64,000 nucleotides of DNA from an uncultured Candidatus Saccharibacteria bacterium (GTDB lineage Bacteria > Patescibacteriota > Saccharimonadia > Saccharimonadales > CAIOMD01): contig CAZMHM010000005.1 of the NCBI GenBank assembly GCA_964566135.1, positions 7,995 through 71,994 of the forward strand. Direction: 5' to 3'. Under the pieces are notes generated by a model. It was not told where the DNA came from. It saw only the letters and a program-made list of their open reading frames with translations, and made no database searches. The translations under genes and the position numbers were made by a program. This document shows positions 25,287-34,270 of this stretch, piece after piece; within the stretch, counting starts at the first letter, position 1, and each line of letters starts with the position of its first letter.

Positions 25287-25859
25287 TTACTTTGAATCTC
25301 TAATTAATGTAAGTATGGTTGGAATACGACTGAAATCATCTATAAGTGTTTGTCGTAGACCACCGTTGTATAGCGCCGCAGCTGGATGAAATAGAGGTAA
25401 ATATACCCTACCATCTTTTCGCTTTGGTTCGCCATGCGCCTGACTTATTTGCAGGTTTAGTAAAAAGCAGTTCATACTATGTCGCCCTAGCGTAACTACC
25501 AACAGTGGCTGAATTACATCTAGCTGACGCTCTAGGTATGGCAGAAATGCTTCTTTTTCTGCCGGCAATGGGTCGCGATTACTTGGTGGACGATATTTAA
25601 CGATATTCGTTATATACACTTGCTCGCGTTTTAAGTTAATTAAACCGAGCATCTCCGCCAAAAATTTACCACTTGCACCGACAAAAGGTAGCCCTTGCTC
25701 GTCCTCTTGCTTGCCAGGTGCTTCGCCGATGAACACAATGTCTGCATTCGGATTACCGTCTCCGAATACGAGGTTCTTGGCCGTCTTGGCCAAATCTGGG
25801 CAGACATCGTTGTTTGTGATGTCTGCCATGATTTGATCGAGTTCTGCCTGTTTGTTCAA
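25287..25859 (-). CDS. Uracil-DNA glycosylase, family 4-like
   Basis: [37 protein letters not shown] and HPAAALYN are the family 4/5 UDG motifs. Confidence 0.8.
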   Translation of the reverse strand: MNKQAELDQIMADITNNDVCPDLAKTAKNLVFGDGNPNADIVFIGEAPGKQEDEQGLPFVGASGKFLAEMLGLINLKREQVYITNIVKYRPPSNRDPLPAEKEAFLPYLERQLDVIQPLLVVTLGRHSMNCFLLNLQISQAHGEPKRKDGRVYLPLFHPAAALYNGGLRQTLIDDFSRIPTILTLIRDSK

Positions 25860-25874
25860 ACGTTATCCCTTAAA

Positions 25875-25893
25875 TCATCCCGTTACGGGCTGA
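25875..25893 (-). terminator. Weak hairpin after pnp
   Basis: The minus-strand RNA reads UCAGCCCG-UAA-CGGGAUGA followed by UUUAAG. The stem is short and the U-tract poor. Confidence 0.3.
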
Positions 25894-25904
25894 GAAACAG
25901 CTTA

Positions 25905-28025
25905 CTACTTAGCTTTTTTCATGCTGAGGTTTAGGCGACCACGATCATCAATCGCAATCAACTTAACCGTCACCTTATCACCTTCTTGTACCACATCGCC
26001 AGGGTGTGCAACGCGCTCGTCTGACATTTCGCTAACATGCACCATGCCATCAGTACCAGGCATGATGTTAACGAATGCACCAAAGTCCATGAGCTTCACA
26101 ACAGTACCTTCGTAAATTGTGCCCACTTCTGGTTCTTGGGTAAGGCTTTCAATCCACTTGCGGGTTGCATCGATACTCGTTTTGTCTGGGCTAGCAATAA
26201 ATACCGTACCATCATCTTTAATATCAATGTCAGCGCCGGTTTCGGCAATGATTTTGTTAATCATTTCGCCGCCCTTACCAATGACATCGCGAATCTTATC
26301 TGGATTAATCTTCATACTTTCAACGCGCGGTGCGTATGGGCTAAGCTCTTTGTTTGGTGTCGCAATCACGCTGAGCATGTGCTCGAGGATGTGTGCGCGA
26401 CCTTCTTTACCCTGCGTCAGCGCAGCGGCTAGAATTTTTGGATCAAGGCCATGGACCTTCATATCCATTTGGAGAGCAGTAATACCTTTTTCGGTACCTG
26501 TTACCTTAAAATCCATATCGCCAGCAAAGTCCTCTGCGTCTGCAATATCGCTAAGGATATATGGTGTATCACCTTCCATCATTAGACCCATCGCAATACC
26601 ACTTACGGGGCGCTTTAGTGGCACGCCAGCATCCATAAGTGCTAAACAGCTGCTACACGTAGCGGCCATACTAGTTGAACCGTTTTGGCTCATGATTTCG
26701 GTAACACTACGGATAGCGTATGGAAACTCTTCTTCAGTTGGCAAGACTGCGGTAAGTGCACGTTCTGCAAGGTAACCGTGACCAATCTCGCGGCGACCTG
26801 GGCTACCCAAGCGGCGAACTTCACCAACTGTATAGCCTGGTGCATTGTAGTGGTGCATGTAGCGACGTTCTTGGTCGCGTTCCATAGTATCAACAATTTG
26901 TGCGTAGCTTAATGGAGCAATCGTTACAATGTTTAACGCCTGTGTCATACCGCGGGTAAAGATGCTAGACCCGTGCGTACGTGGTAAAACACCAACTTGG
27001 CTACTGAGTGTACGAATTTCTGTAAGTTTACGGCCATCAGGACGGATACTATCGGTAACGATACCCTGACGTACGTCTTTGTGAACGGCTAGCGTAAAGG
27101 CTTCGTCGTATTCGTTCTTAAGTTCTTTGTATACATCTTCGCCATATTTAGCCTCGAGTGATTCGTGGAATTCTTGGCGAAGTGCGTTAACCATTTCGTT
27201 ACGTTCTGGATATGCAACGCGGAGCTTGTGGCCAAGCTTGCCGTCAACCCAAGCGTAGACTTCAGCCTGGACATTTTCATTTGGCAAATCAAGTTCAAAT
27301 TCTTGTGCAGTAACGCCAACTTTTTTAACAAGTTCCTTTTGCAGCTTGATAGCAGGTTGCAATGCTTTTTGAGCCCATGCAATTGCATCAATGACTACTT
27401 CTTCGGTAACTTCGTTCGCGCCAGCTTCAACCATCATAACGCCAGTTTCGGTACCAGCAACTACAAGGTCTAAATCACCCTTATCATATGCTTCGTTGCT
27501 CATGAAGGCTTCGAACTTGCCGTCTTTATTGAGGCCAACGCGCAAACCAGCAACTGGACCATCAAATGGTGCGCCAGTTAGGCTAAATGCTGCACTCATG
27601 GCAATCATGGCAATCATGTCTGGGCGAAAACTTGGGTCAAGGCTCAATACTGTTGCGACACCCTGGACTTCGTGGCGATAGCCCTTCGGCCATAGTGGGC
27701 GAATTGGACGATCAATTAAGCGACCAATAAGGATTGCATCGTCACTTGGGCGACCTTCGCGCTTAATAAAGCGTGAGCCACTAATTTTACCGGCTGCATA
27801 CATTTTTTCTTCGTAATCGATACTAAGTGGAAAATAATCGAATCCACTGAGTCGATTTGGGCTTACCATTGCAGTACCAAGTACTACTGTGTCGCCGTAG
27901 CGAACAAAAACAGATGCACTGGTACGAAAACCAACGCGGTTAATTTCGAGACTCAGGGTACGACCCAAAAACTCGGTTTCTACTTTTACTATATCTTTAC
28001 CAAATGGGTTAATGATTTGCCCCAT
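25905..28025 (-). CDS. pnp: Polynucleotide phosphorylase
   Basis: 706 aa with two RNase PH domains plus KH (IGKGGEMINKI) and S1 (GAFVNIMPGTDGMVHVSE) domains. Confidence 0.95.
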   Translation of the reverse strand: MGQIINPFGKDIVKVETEFLGRTLSLEINRVGFRTSASVFVRYGDTVVLGTAMVSPNRLSGFDYFPLSIDYEEKMYAAGKISGSRFIKREGRPSDDAILIGRLIDRPIRPLWPKGYRHEVQGVATVLSLDPSFRPDMIAMIAMSAAFSLTGAPFDGPVAGLRVGLNKDGKFEAFMSNEAYDKGDLDLVVAGTETGVMMVEAGANEVTEEVVIDAIAWAQKALQPAIKLQKELVKKVGVTAQEFELDLPNENVQAEVYAWVDGKLGHKLRVAYPERNEMVNALRQEFHESLEAKYGEDVYKELKNEYDEAFTLAVHKDVRQGIVTDSIRPDGRKLTEIRTLSSQVGVLPRTHGSSIFTRGMTQALNIVTIAPLSYAQIVDTMERDQERRYMHHYNAPGYTVGEVRRLGSPGRREIGHGYLAERALTAVLPTEEEFPYAIRSVTEIMSQNGSTSMAATCSSCLALMDAGVPLKRPVSGIAMGLMMEGDTPYILSDIADAEDFAGDMDFKVTGTEKGITALQMDMKVHGLDPKILAAALTQGKEGRAHILEHMLSVIATPNKELSPYAPRVESMKINPDKIRDVIGKGGEMINKIIAETGADIDIKDDGTVFIASPDKTSIDATRKWIESLTQEPEVGTIYEGTVVKLMDFGAFVNIMPGTDGMVHVSEMSDERVAHPGDVVQEGDKVTVKLIAIDDRGRLNLSMKKAK

Positions 28026-28042
28026 AGCGGTCCTTTCTGTGT

Positions 28043-28106
28043 ATCAAAGTGACAGGGTTCAGATATACATCCTAATTAGGGTATAGCTGTGCTCCATCAC
28101 TTTGAT
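28043..28106 (-). promoter_or_regulatory. Long imperfect hairpin in the rpsO-pnp intergenic leader
   Basis: ATCAAAGTGA (28043..28052) is the exact reverse complement of TCACTTTGAT (28097..28106). The inner palindrome CCTAATTAGG sits at the tip. Confidence 0.5.
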
Positions 28107-28189
28107 GTTTATGTACCTTTATTATACTACGTTGGGCGAGGCTGTTAAACCTGTTAGCGAGGTGACTCGCCCAATAACTACAATAAAGA

Positions 28190-28456
28190 CTAGCGGCGAA
28201 TGCCGAGTTTAGCGATCAAATCAAGATACGCCTGACCATCTTTGTCAGCAAGGTATCGTAGTAAACGACGGCGCTTACCTACGAGTTGCAATAAACCACG
28301 GCGAGCCATGTAATCGTGCTTGTTAGCCTTCAAATGCTCGGTGATTTCAGCAATACGTGCAGTAATGATGCTGACTTGTACTTCAGGAGAGCCAGTATCA
28401 GTCTTACCTGTCTGGTGAGTCTTGATTAGTTCTGCTTTTTTAGCGGTTGAAATCAT
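28190..28456 (-). CDS. rpsO: 30S ribosomal protein S15
   Basis: MISTAKKAELIKTHQ...GSPEVQVSIITARIAEITEHLKANKHDYMARRGLLQLVGKRRRLLRYL. I take ATG 28456 as the start, because the ORF-track TTG at 28495 would overlap truB. Confidence 0.9.
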   Translation of the reverse strand: MISTAKKAELIKTHQTGKTDTGSPEVQVSIITARIAEITEHLKANKHDYMARRGLLQLVGKRRRLLRYLADKDGQAYLDLIAKLGIRR

Positions 28457-28484
28457 ACAGGAACTTAGTTTACCAGATATGTAT

Positions 28485-29186
28485 TCAATTTTCAAGAGTA
28501 ATTAGGTGCTGGGTGATATCTGAGTACTCTAGGCCTTCAATTCCTATCGACTGCGCAATATCAAATTGACCAATTTTTGTACGTCGTAAATCACTCATAT
28601 AGGCACCCGTCATCAGGGCAGTACCGATGTCTTCAACCAAACTACGAATATACGTGCCACTGCCTACTTCGCTGACAAATTTGACCTCTGGGTAGTCATA
28701 CGAAACAAATGTGTTTGCGTATATTGTTGCTGGTCGTGGCTCTATACTCACCTCTTTACCATCGCGAGCCAATTTATAGGCTCGCTGGCCATCAATTTTA
28801 ATTGCGCTAAAGGCGGGCGGTGTTTGCAGAAGAGTACCTGTAAACTGTTGCAAAACAGCTTTTACATCATCTATGCTCGGTTGCGCATCAGATACGACAC
28901 TTAAATCACCCTCTTTGTCGCCAGTGGTCGATGTTTTTCCAAGAGTCATAGTGACTTCATAGGTTTTATCTTGCTTAATAAGCTCTGGGACTCGTTTGGT
29001 GTACTTACCAATGGCAAGGACTAACAACCCGGTGGCAGCGGGGTCAAGCGTGCCGGTGTGGCCCACTTTATACTTTTTAAGTCCAAGGCCAGCCTTTATG
29101 CAACCTCGTACTTTGGCAACAACACCGAAACTACTAACACCTTCGGGTTTGTCGATTAATAATAGACCTTCAATCATCAATAGCAT
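28485..29186 (-). CDS. truB: tRNA pseudouridine-55 synthase TruB
   Basis: GLLLIDKPEGVSSFGVV...GHTGTLDPAATGLLVLAIG contains the catalytic Asp motif. Confidence 0.92.
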   Translation of the reverse strand: MLLMIEGLLLIDKPEGVSSFGVVAKVRGCIKAGLGLKKYKVGHTGTLDPAATGLLVLAIGKYTKRVPELIKQDKTYEVTMTLGKTSTTGDKEGDLSVVSDAQPSIDDVKAVLQQFTGTLLQTPPAFSAIKIDGQRAYKLARDGKEVSIEPRPATIYANTFVSYDYPEVKFVSEVGSGTYIRSLVEDIGTALMTGAYMSDLRRTKIGQFDIAQSIGIEGLEYSDITQHLITLEN

Positions 29187-29202
29187 TGTATACTAAACAG
29201 AT

Positions 29203-29895
29203 ATGAAACAGGTTTTTATTGGTATATTTGCCCACCCCGATGATGAAAGTTTTGGCCCATCGGGCACATTAGCGCTACAGATTGCCGAAGGAGCAGACGT
29301 ACATTTAATCTGCGCAACCGGTGGCGAAAGCGGCATGAACCCCGACAACCATGATGACTTAGGCGAAGTTCGCATTAAAGAGTGGCAAAATGCGGGTGCG
29401 CTATTGGGCGCAAAAAGTCAGCATCATCTTGGCTATCATGATGGCTCGTTATCTAACAACTTATTTCGCGAAATTGCCGCAAAAACAGAAGAAATTGTTA
29501 CCAGTATTGTTGCTGAATACCCTACCGATACAGAAGTTACTATTGTGACCATGGATCAAAACGGTATCTCTGGGCACATCGACCACATCACAATGAGTTT
29601 TGTGGCTAGTTTTGTATTTGTAAAACTACGCGAAACCGAACCGCGGCTGAAACATTTGTGGTATTTCTGCATCAGCGAAACATTGTTACCAAGCGCTGAC
29701 ACAAGCTTTGTGTTCCGCAGCAAAGGCCATAGCGACGACGAAATAGATATCCGCACGGACATTAGCGCCATATTTGATAAGAAAAAACAGATTATGCGAG
29801 CGCATGTATCGCAGCGCGGCGATGCAGAAATGCTGATTGCCCGTGCCGAGCAATCTGGTGTTCTAGAAGAGTGTTTTTACACGTACAAAGACTAA
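29203..29895 (+). CDS. PIG-L/LmbE-family deacetylase
   Basis: IFAHPDDESFGPSGT and the later HIDH motif are typical of the GlcNAc-deacetylase LmbE family. Confidence 0.8.
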   Translation: MKQVFIGIFAHPDDESFGPSGTLALQIAEGADVHLICATGGESGMNPDNHDDLGEVRIKEWQNAGALLGAKSQHHLGYHDGSLSNNLFREIAAKTEEIVTSIVAEYPTDTEVTIVTMDQNGISGHIDHITMSFVASFVFVKLRETEPRLKHLWYFCISETLLPSADTSFVFRSKGHSDDEIDIRTDISAIFDKKKQIMRAHVSQRGDAEMLIARAEQSGVLEECFYTYKD

Positions 29896-31548
29896 TTACT
29901 GAGGTAAATTGCCGTTTTCGTCGGGCATTGGGAATGGTGGTGGCACAATTGGAGGTGCAATAGCTGGTGGCAGTTCAGGCACTGCTGGTTCGGCGTTTAA
30001 GTTTTCACCTAAAGGCTGGGCGCCAATCGATTGCAATGGTTCAGGCCTATTTGGGTCATAGCCACCGGCACCCATTGCATCAAGTACTGCTTGGCGGGCA
30101 GCTTCGGCATCGGGCATTGGTTCATCGGTTTTATGTACTTCTTCGCCCGTAAATTGCTCGATTGATTTTTCGATATCTGCAAGTGTTTCATCAGGGGTAA
30201 CCTGCGGACCTAATGGCTTATCACCCGATTCGCCATCACTTGGTAATTGTGGCGATTCAGTAGATGGAATTGTTGCAGCTGATACTGATTCGGCATCATC
30301 TTGCACGCTAACAAGCGGGGATTGCGTAGATGGAATCTCTGATGCCGGGAATGTGCTTTCGGGAATCATACTGAGTGGATCGGTGCTTGGTTCGTCCTCG
30401 TCATCGTCGCCACTTGCCGTCAAGGTGCCGCCCATTTGTGGTGGTTCGGTTACGTATGCGCTGTACTGTTCATCGCCTTCTGGTTCTTGGCGTTGTTCTT
30501 CGGTTAATGGCTGGACAACTTTTTCGTGATTCATGGTCGCTTCGCGACTTTTAATCTGTACATCATTTACTGCATCCGCTAGTTCATCCGCGGAACGCAA
30601 CGTACCATGCTCATCAATGTGAATCTGGTCTTCTGGCACTGGTGCTTCATCTTGTGGTTGCTCATAGGCTGGACCAGGTTGATTCTCTTCTTGTGGTTGT
30701 TCGTGATGTAAGCTCAAAACACCCTCGGAACCATCTTCGGATTGCTCAACAGTATCTGTTGGGGCTGGTAAATCCGCAGGAACTTCGGCTGCTGCTTCAG
30801 CAGGTGCCGTCAGTTCGGTGGCAATTAGTTGCTGGTTTGCACCAGCAGCCATCAGTTGAGCGCTCATGGTCATTACCTTCGGACTCGTTTTGTCATTACT
30901 AAAGCGCTCGGTTTCGGCAACGATACCCGTTAAGAACGCGGTTGCCATCTGCGTATCAAGCAAGCCACTTTGGAATGCTTCGCTGATACTTACTAACATT
31001 TCACACAGACTACTAGCACTTGGATCTTGCCAATTAATGCTCCCGACATCAACCGGAGCCTGGCCTGCCATAACGCCGATAACAGTTGCATCATGCAAAA
31101 TACGACCATGGGCCATAATTGCTTGATCGATATGGTCTCGCTGGTCTACACCAAGCGCAATCACTGCATCAACATTAAAGTCACCCTGGCTAAAGTCTAG
31201 GTCTTGATCGGATAAGCTCGTTTTATACGGCGTAATAAATATCTTTACAACATTTTCTTCTACCTTGTAGCGAAGTTTGTCGGCCTTTGCTTTATCAAGG
31301 GAAATAATAAAGTCGCGCAAACTATCAGTGTTCGTTTCGAGCGTGTCTTCAGGTTTTAAAAATTCGAGCGTTGAGGGTACTTGCCCACTGAATACCGCTG
31401 TGGCATGCTTGCCCAGCTTGTTCATCATTAATGTAAAACCAATCGCAGCAGCAAGCTGGTCCACCGAAGGATTGTTACTTACCGTAATAAGCACATTTTG
31501 GGCTTCTTTGAGCCGTTCTACAACTTGGGTTTTTGGATTGTTTTCCAT
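29896..31548 (-). CDS. Protein with a degenerate DHH-like N-terminal domain and a long acidic, Pro-rich disordered tail
   Basis: The first 240 aa or so resemble DHH phosphoesterases (NVLITVSNNPSVDQLAAAIGF where H.nPDgD is expected). The last 300 aa or so are E/D/P/Q-rich low complexity. Confidence 0.4.
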   Translation of the reverse strand: MENNPKTQVVERLKEAQNVLITVSNNPSVDQLAAAIGFTLMMNKLGKHATAVFSGQVPSTLEFLKPEDTLETNTDSLRDFIISLDKAKADKLRYKVEENVVKIFITPYKTSLSDQDLDFSQGDFNVDAVIALGVDQRDHIDQAIMAHGRILHDATVIGVMAGQAPVDVGSINWQDPSASSLCEMLVSISEAFQSGLLDTQMATAFLTGIVAETERFSNDKTSPKVMTMSAQLMAAGANQQLIATELTAPAEAAAEVPADLPAPTDTVEQSEDGSEGVLSLHHEQPQEENQPGPAYEQPQDEAPVPEDQIHIDEHGTLRSADELADAVNDVQIKSREATMNHEKVVQPLTEEQRQEPEGDEQYSAYVTEPPQMGGTLTASGDDDEDEPSTDPLSMIPESTFPASEIPSTQSPLVSVQDDAESVSAATIPSTESPQLPSDGESGDKPLGPQVTPDETLADIEKSIEQFTGEEVHKTDEPMPDAEAARQAVLDAMGAGGYDPNRPEPLQSIGAQPLGENLNAEPAVPELPPAIAPPIVPPPFPMPDENGNLPQ

Positions 31549-31654
31549 TTTTTGATTTTTATTTAATGACTATGTAATTGCACATTACCATAAAAACTTT
31601 GACTCCGCAAGAGCAACAGATTAATTACTGTTACTAAAAATCAGGCGCTCAGAA

Positions 31655-31683
31655 TTGCATATTCTCCTCTTTTAGGTTATACT
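31655..31683 (+). promoter_or_regulatory. Candidate promoter for rpsT
   Basis: TTGCAT (31655..31660), 17 nt, then TATACT (31678..31683), about 60 nt upstream of the rpsT ATG. Confidence 0.45.
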
Positions 31684-31744
31684 TGCCCACTGACGAAATA
31701 CTAATTTGTAAGTGGCCTCGTGCCAAAGGTAAAAGGAACTATTA

Positions 31745-32137
31745 ATGCCAATCATCAAGTCTGCAAAGAAGCGTGTAAAGGTATCAGCTAAGGCTGCTAC
31801 ACGTAACGCAAAAACTAAGCGAACGCTTCGCGAAGCTGTTAAGAGCTTTCAGGCTGCACTTAGTGGCGGTAAGCCAGCAGAAATCAGCGCAGCACATGCA
31901 AAAGCTAACAGCGCTATCGATACTGCTGCTAAAAAGAATGTTATTCACAAGAACAAAGCTGCTCACAAAAAGAGTCAGCTTGCTACAGCTGCTAAAAGCG
32001 CTGGCGCTAAGCCTGCTGCAGCTAAAAAAGCTACCGCAAAACCTGCGGCTAAGGCTGCAACTAAGCCAGCAGCAAAGAAAGCAGTTGCTAAAAAGGCTCC
32101 TGCTAAGAAGCCAGCAACCAAAAAAGCTGCTAAATAA
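31745..32137 (+). CDS. rpsT: 30S ribosomal protein S20 with a C-terminal Ala/Lys/Pro-rich extension
   Basis: MPIIKSAKKRVKVSAKAATRNAKTKRTLREAVKSF is S20. Residues from about 85 to 130 are AKKA/PAAK repeats. Confidence 0.9.
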   Translation: MPIIKSAKKRVKVSAKAATRNAKTKRTLREAVKSFQAALSGGKPAEISAAHAKANSAIDTAAKKNVIHKNKAAHKKSQLATAAKSAGAKPAAAKKATAKPAAKAATKPAAKKAVAKKAPAKKPATKKAAK

Positions 32138-32156
32138 TTACGGAATTAAACAGCAA

Positions 32157-32184
32157 ATACCCCTAGCAATAGGGGTATTTTTTA
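32157..32184 (+). terminator. Rho-independent terminator after rpsT
   Basis: ATACCCCTA (32157..32165), loop gcaa, TAGGGGTAT (32170..32178), followed by a T-run extending to 32184. Confidence 0.8.
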
Positions 32185-33099
32185 TGCAAACGAAACAATA
32201 AGAGACTGAACTGCGTCATCAACGTTAACACGCGTTGTTTTAATCAACATATCGGTAACTATTGCCTGTTCTAGTAATGCAATGAGTTTATGATCGGATA
32301 AGCGTCGGGCGTTTGTTTGGTTTTTGCGAACCACAAATGGGCTCATTTTGGCACGGGCCGCAATTTCGTTTGCTGGCATAGTGCCAGCGGCTTTAACGAG
32401 CGTTAATGAATGTAGCTGCCATATAATCATGCCAAGTATGGCTTGGGGCTCCATACCTTGCGTACGCTGCTCTGCATATAAGCTAAGGGCTTCGGAGGCG
32501 TTTCCGGCAAAAGCTGCGTCTAGCATGGCAAAGATACTACTCTGAGGCGTATAAACGGTTAGTTCGGCGATTGTTTCGGGCGTAATTTCGGGCTGATACA
32601 GCACGAGCTTGGCCAGCTCATTAGCAATGAGCTGCTGATTCGTGCCAACCCTGTCCACTAGCTTTTGAGCAACTTGCCTGGTAATAGTGCCCCCAAGATG
32701 ATTCGTTTGCTCGGAAATCCAGGTAAGTAAATCCTCGCCCTCGAGATGCGCAAATTCGCGTACTTCGGCAAGTTTTTTTAGATTGCTTAAGTACTTACTA
32801 CGACCATCAACGTGGCCCTCAATAATTACCAAATCGGTTGTGTCAGCGACGCTCTCGACAATAAGTTCCAGCTGCTCGGCCAGTGTTTTATTTGCGCTTA
32901 GATCGCGCACAATCACGAGTCGGCGGGGTGACAAAAAAGGCACCGTCGAAATAGCATCTGAAAGCGTTACAAGTTCGAGTTCCTCGCCAGCAAATTTGTC
33001 TACCGCCATAGCGCCGTGTACGCCGGTAAAGCCCGCGATAAATTCAGTAGCCGCTTGTTCGCGAGCGTGCCCGTTATCACCAATAAATGCCAGTATCAT
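32182..33099 (-). CDS. holA: DNA polymerase III delta subunit
   Basis: 305 aa. Size, helical C-terminal half (LIANELAKLVLY) and the 4-nt overlap after mutM fit holA. The assignment comes from overall resemblance only. Confidence 0.6.
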   Translation of the reverse strand: MILAFIGDNGHAREQAATEFIAGFTGVHGAMAVDKFAGEELELVTLSDAISTVPFLSPRRLVIVRDLSANKTLAEQLELIVESVADTTDLVIIEGHVDGRSKYLSNLKKLAEVREFAHLEGEDLLTWISEQTNHLGGTITRQVAQKLVDRVGTNQQLIANELAKLVLYQPEITPETIAELTVYTPQSSIFAMLDAAFAGNASEALSLYAEQRTQGMEPQAILGMIIWQLHSLTLVKAAGTMPANEIAARAKMSPFVVRKNQTNARRLSDHKLIALLEQAIVTDMLIKTTRVNVDDAVQSLIVSFA

Positions 33100-33980
33100 G
33101 ATTGTTTCCTTTTAAACATCTTTTGGCAATGTAGGCACACATGCGTACCCCTACCTGCCACTTTCGTTTTTATTATCTCATGCCCGCAGTCCGGGCACGG
33201 CAAAGATTCTCGTCGAAATACTTTTGCAAAGTCGATATAGCTACCCCGCTTGCCTTCGGCATTTACATAATTTCGGTCGGTTGAACCACCCTTTTCAATA
33301 CTTAGGGAAAGCACCTCTTTGATTTCATGATGTAGGGCTCGTAGCCAAGTTTTTGGAATCACGCCAACAATACTTGCGGGATGAATTTTAGCAGCAAATA
33401 ATGATTCGTCTGCGTAAATATTTCCGACACCCGCAAGCACTGTTTGATCTAAAATCGCTGCCTTAACAGTCGTGTTTTTACGGCGCATAATTCGGTCGAT
33501 AAATACTTCAGCCGTAAAGTCGTCGCTCAGTGGCTCGGGCCCAACTCGCTTCATAAAGTCTATGTTCGGAATCTCAATAGTTGGCATAAGTCGCATCCAG
33601 CCAAATTTACGCTGGTCATTAAAAAATAGTTTTGAGTTGTCAGTAAATACGAGTGTTACTCTCGTAGATTTGTCAGGCAAATCGCCTATCAAACTATCGT
33701 TTGGGTGCCCCGCCCCAAAGCTCTCGCTGCCACGAACCACTAGCTGCCCTGTCATTTTTAAATGGATAACCAGGCTGTATTCGGTCGATAAATCAATCAT
33801 CAGCACTTTTGCACGGCGGCGCACCTGCATGACTGTTGCCCCAATCAAGAATTCCTGGACATCGTGTGGCGAATTAGGAAAACTTTTAGGCGTATCAAAA
33901 TCAACCGATTCAATGCGTCGGCTTGGTAATAAGCGTTGCAGTCCTAAGCGAACTGTCTCAACCTCGGGCAACTCTGGCAT
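33096..33980 (-). CDS. mutM: Formamidopyrimidine-DNA glycosylase (Fpg/MutM)
   Basis: N-terminal MPELPEVETV (catalytic Pro2 and Glu3), H2TH region, and a C-terminal zinc finger CPDCGHEI...CLHC. Confidence 0.93.
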   Translation of the reverse strand: MPELPEVETVRLGLQRLLPSRRIESVDFDTPKSFPNSPHDVQEFLIGATVMQVRRRAKVLMIDLSTEYSLVIHLKMTGQLVVRGSESFGAGHPNDSLIGDLPDKSTRVTLVFTDNSKLFFNDQRKFGWMRLMPTIEIPNIDFMKRVGPEPLSDDFTAEVFIDRIMRRKNTTVKAAILDQTVLAGVGNIYADESLFAAKIHPASIVGVIPKTWLRALHHEIKEVLSLSIEKGGSTDRNYVNAEGKRGSYIDFAKVFRRESLPCPDCGHEIIKTKVAGRGTHVCLHCQKMFKRKQS

Positions 33981-34033
33981 ACAGCTATTTTACGCTCTTT
34001 ACTCTCGGTACTAAACTCTTTACTCTTAAATGG

Positions 34034-34270
34034 ATGGATAGTTTAAAAGATTTACTGTCAGCTAAGAACCTGGATGAACCAACCGAGGTTACCGCCTTAC
34101 GCGAATATTGTCAGAGTTTATTTAACTTTACCCCAAAGATTTCTATAAAAAATGATTGCGTGTGGCTAACTGTGCCAAACGGCATATTAGCTACCGAGCT
34201 GCGCATGCGTACGCCAGAGATAAACCGTCGCTGCGGGCTTACCCAAAAACTTGTCGTTAGAATCGGCTAG
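34034..34270 (+). CDS. Small DUF721/DciA-like protein
   Basis: The 78-aa MDSLKDLL...CVWLTVPNGILATELRMRTPEINRRCGLTQKLVVRIG resembles DUF721. I start it at ATG 34034 because the ORF-track start at 33923 would overlap the mutM start. Confidence 0.45.
   Translation: MDSLKDLLSAKNLDEPTEVTALREYCQSLFNFTPKISIKNDCVWLTVPNGILATELRMRTPEINRRCGLTQKLVVRIG

Noticed and set aside
31960-32137. Repetitive gct/aaa/gca/cca DNA that looks like a tandem repeat or minisatellite.
   Set aside because: It is in frame with rpsT and simply encodes the Ala/Lys/Pro-rich tail. There is no exact repeat unit and no spacer structure, so it is not a CRISPR array or a VNTR.
33923-34033. Upstream extension of the DUF721-like ORF (track start 33923).
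   Set aside because: It would overlap the mutM start region and encodes non-conserved hydrophobic residues. The internal ATG at 34034 gives the expected protein of about 78 aa.
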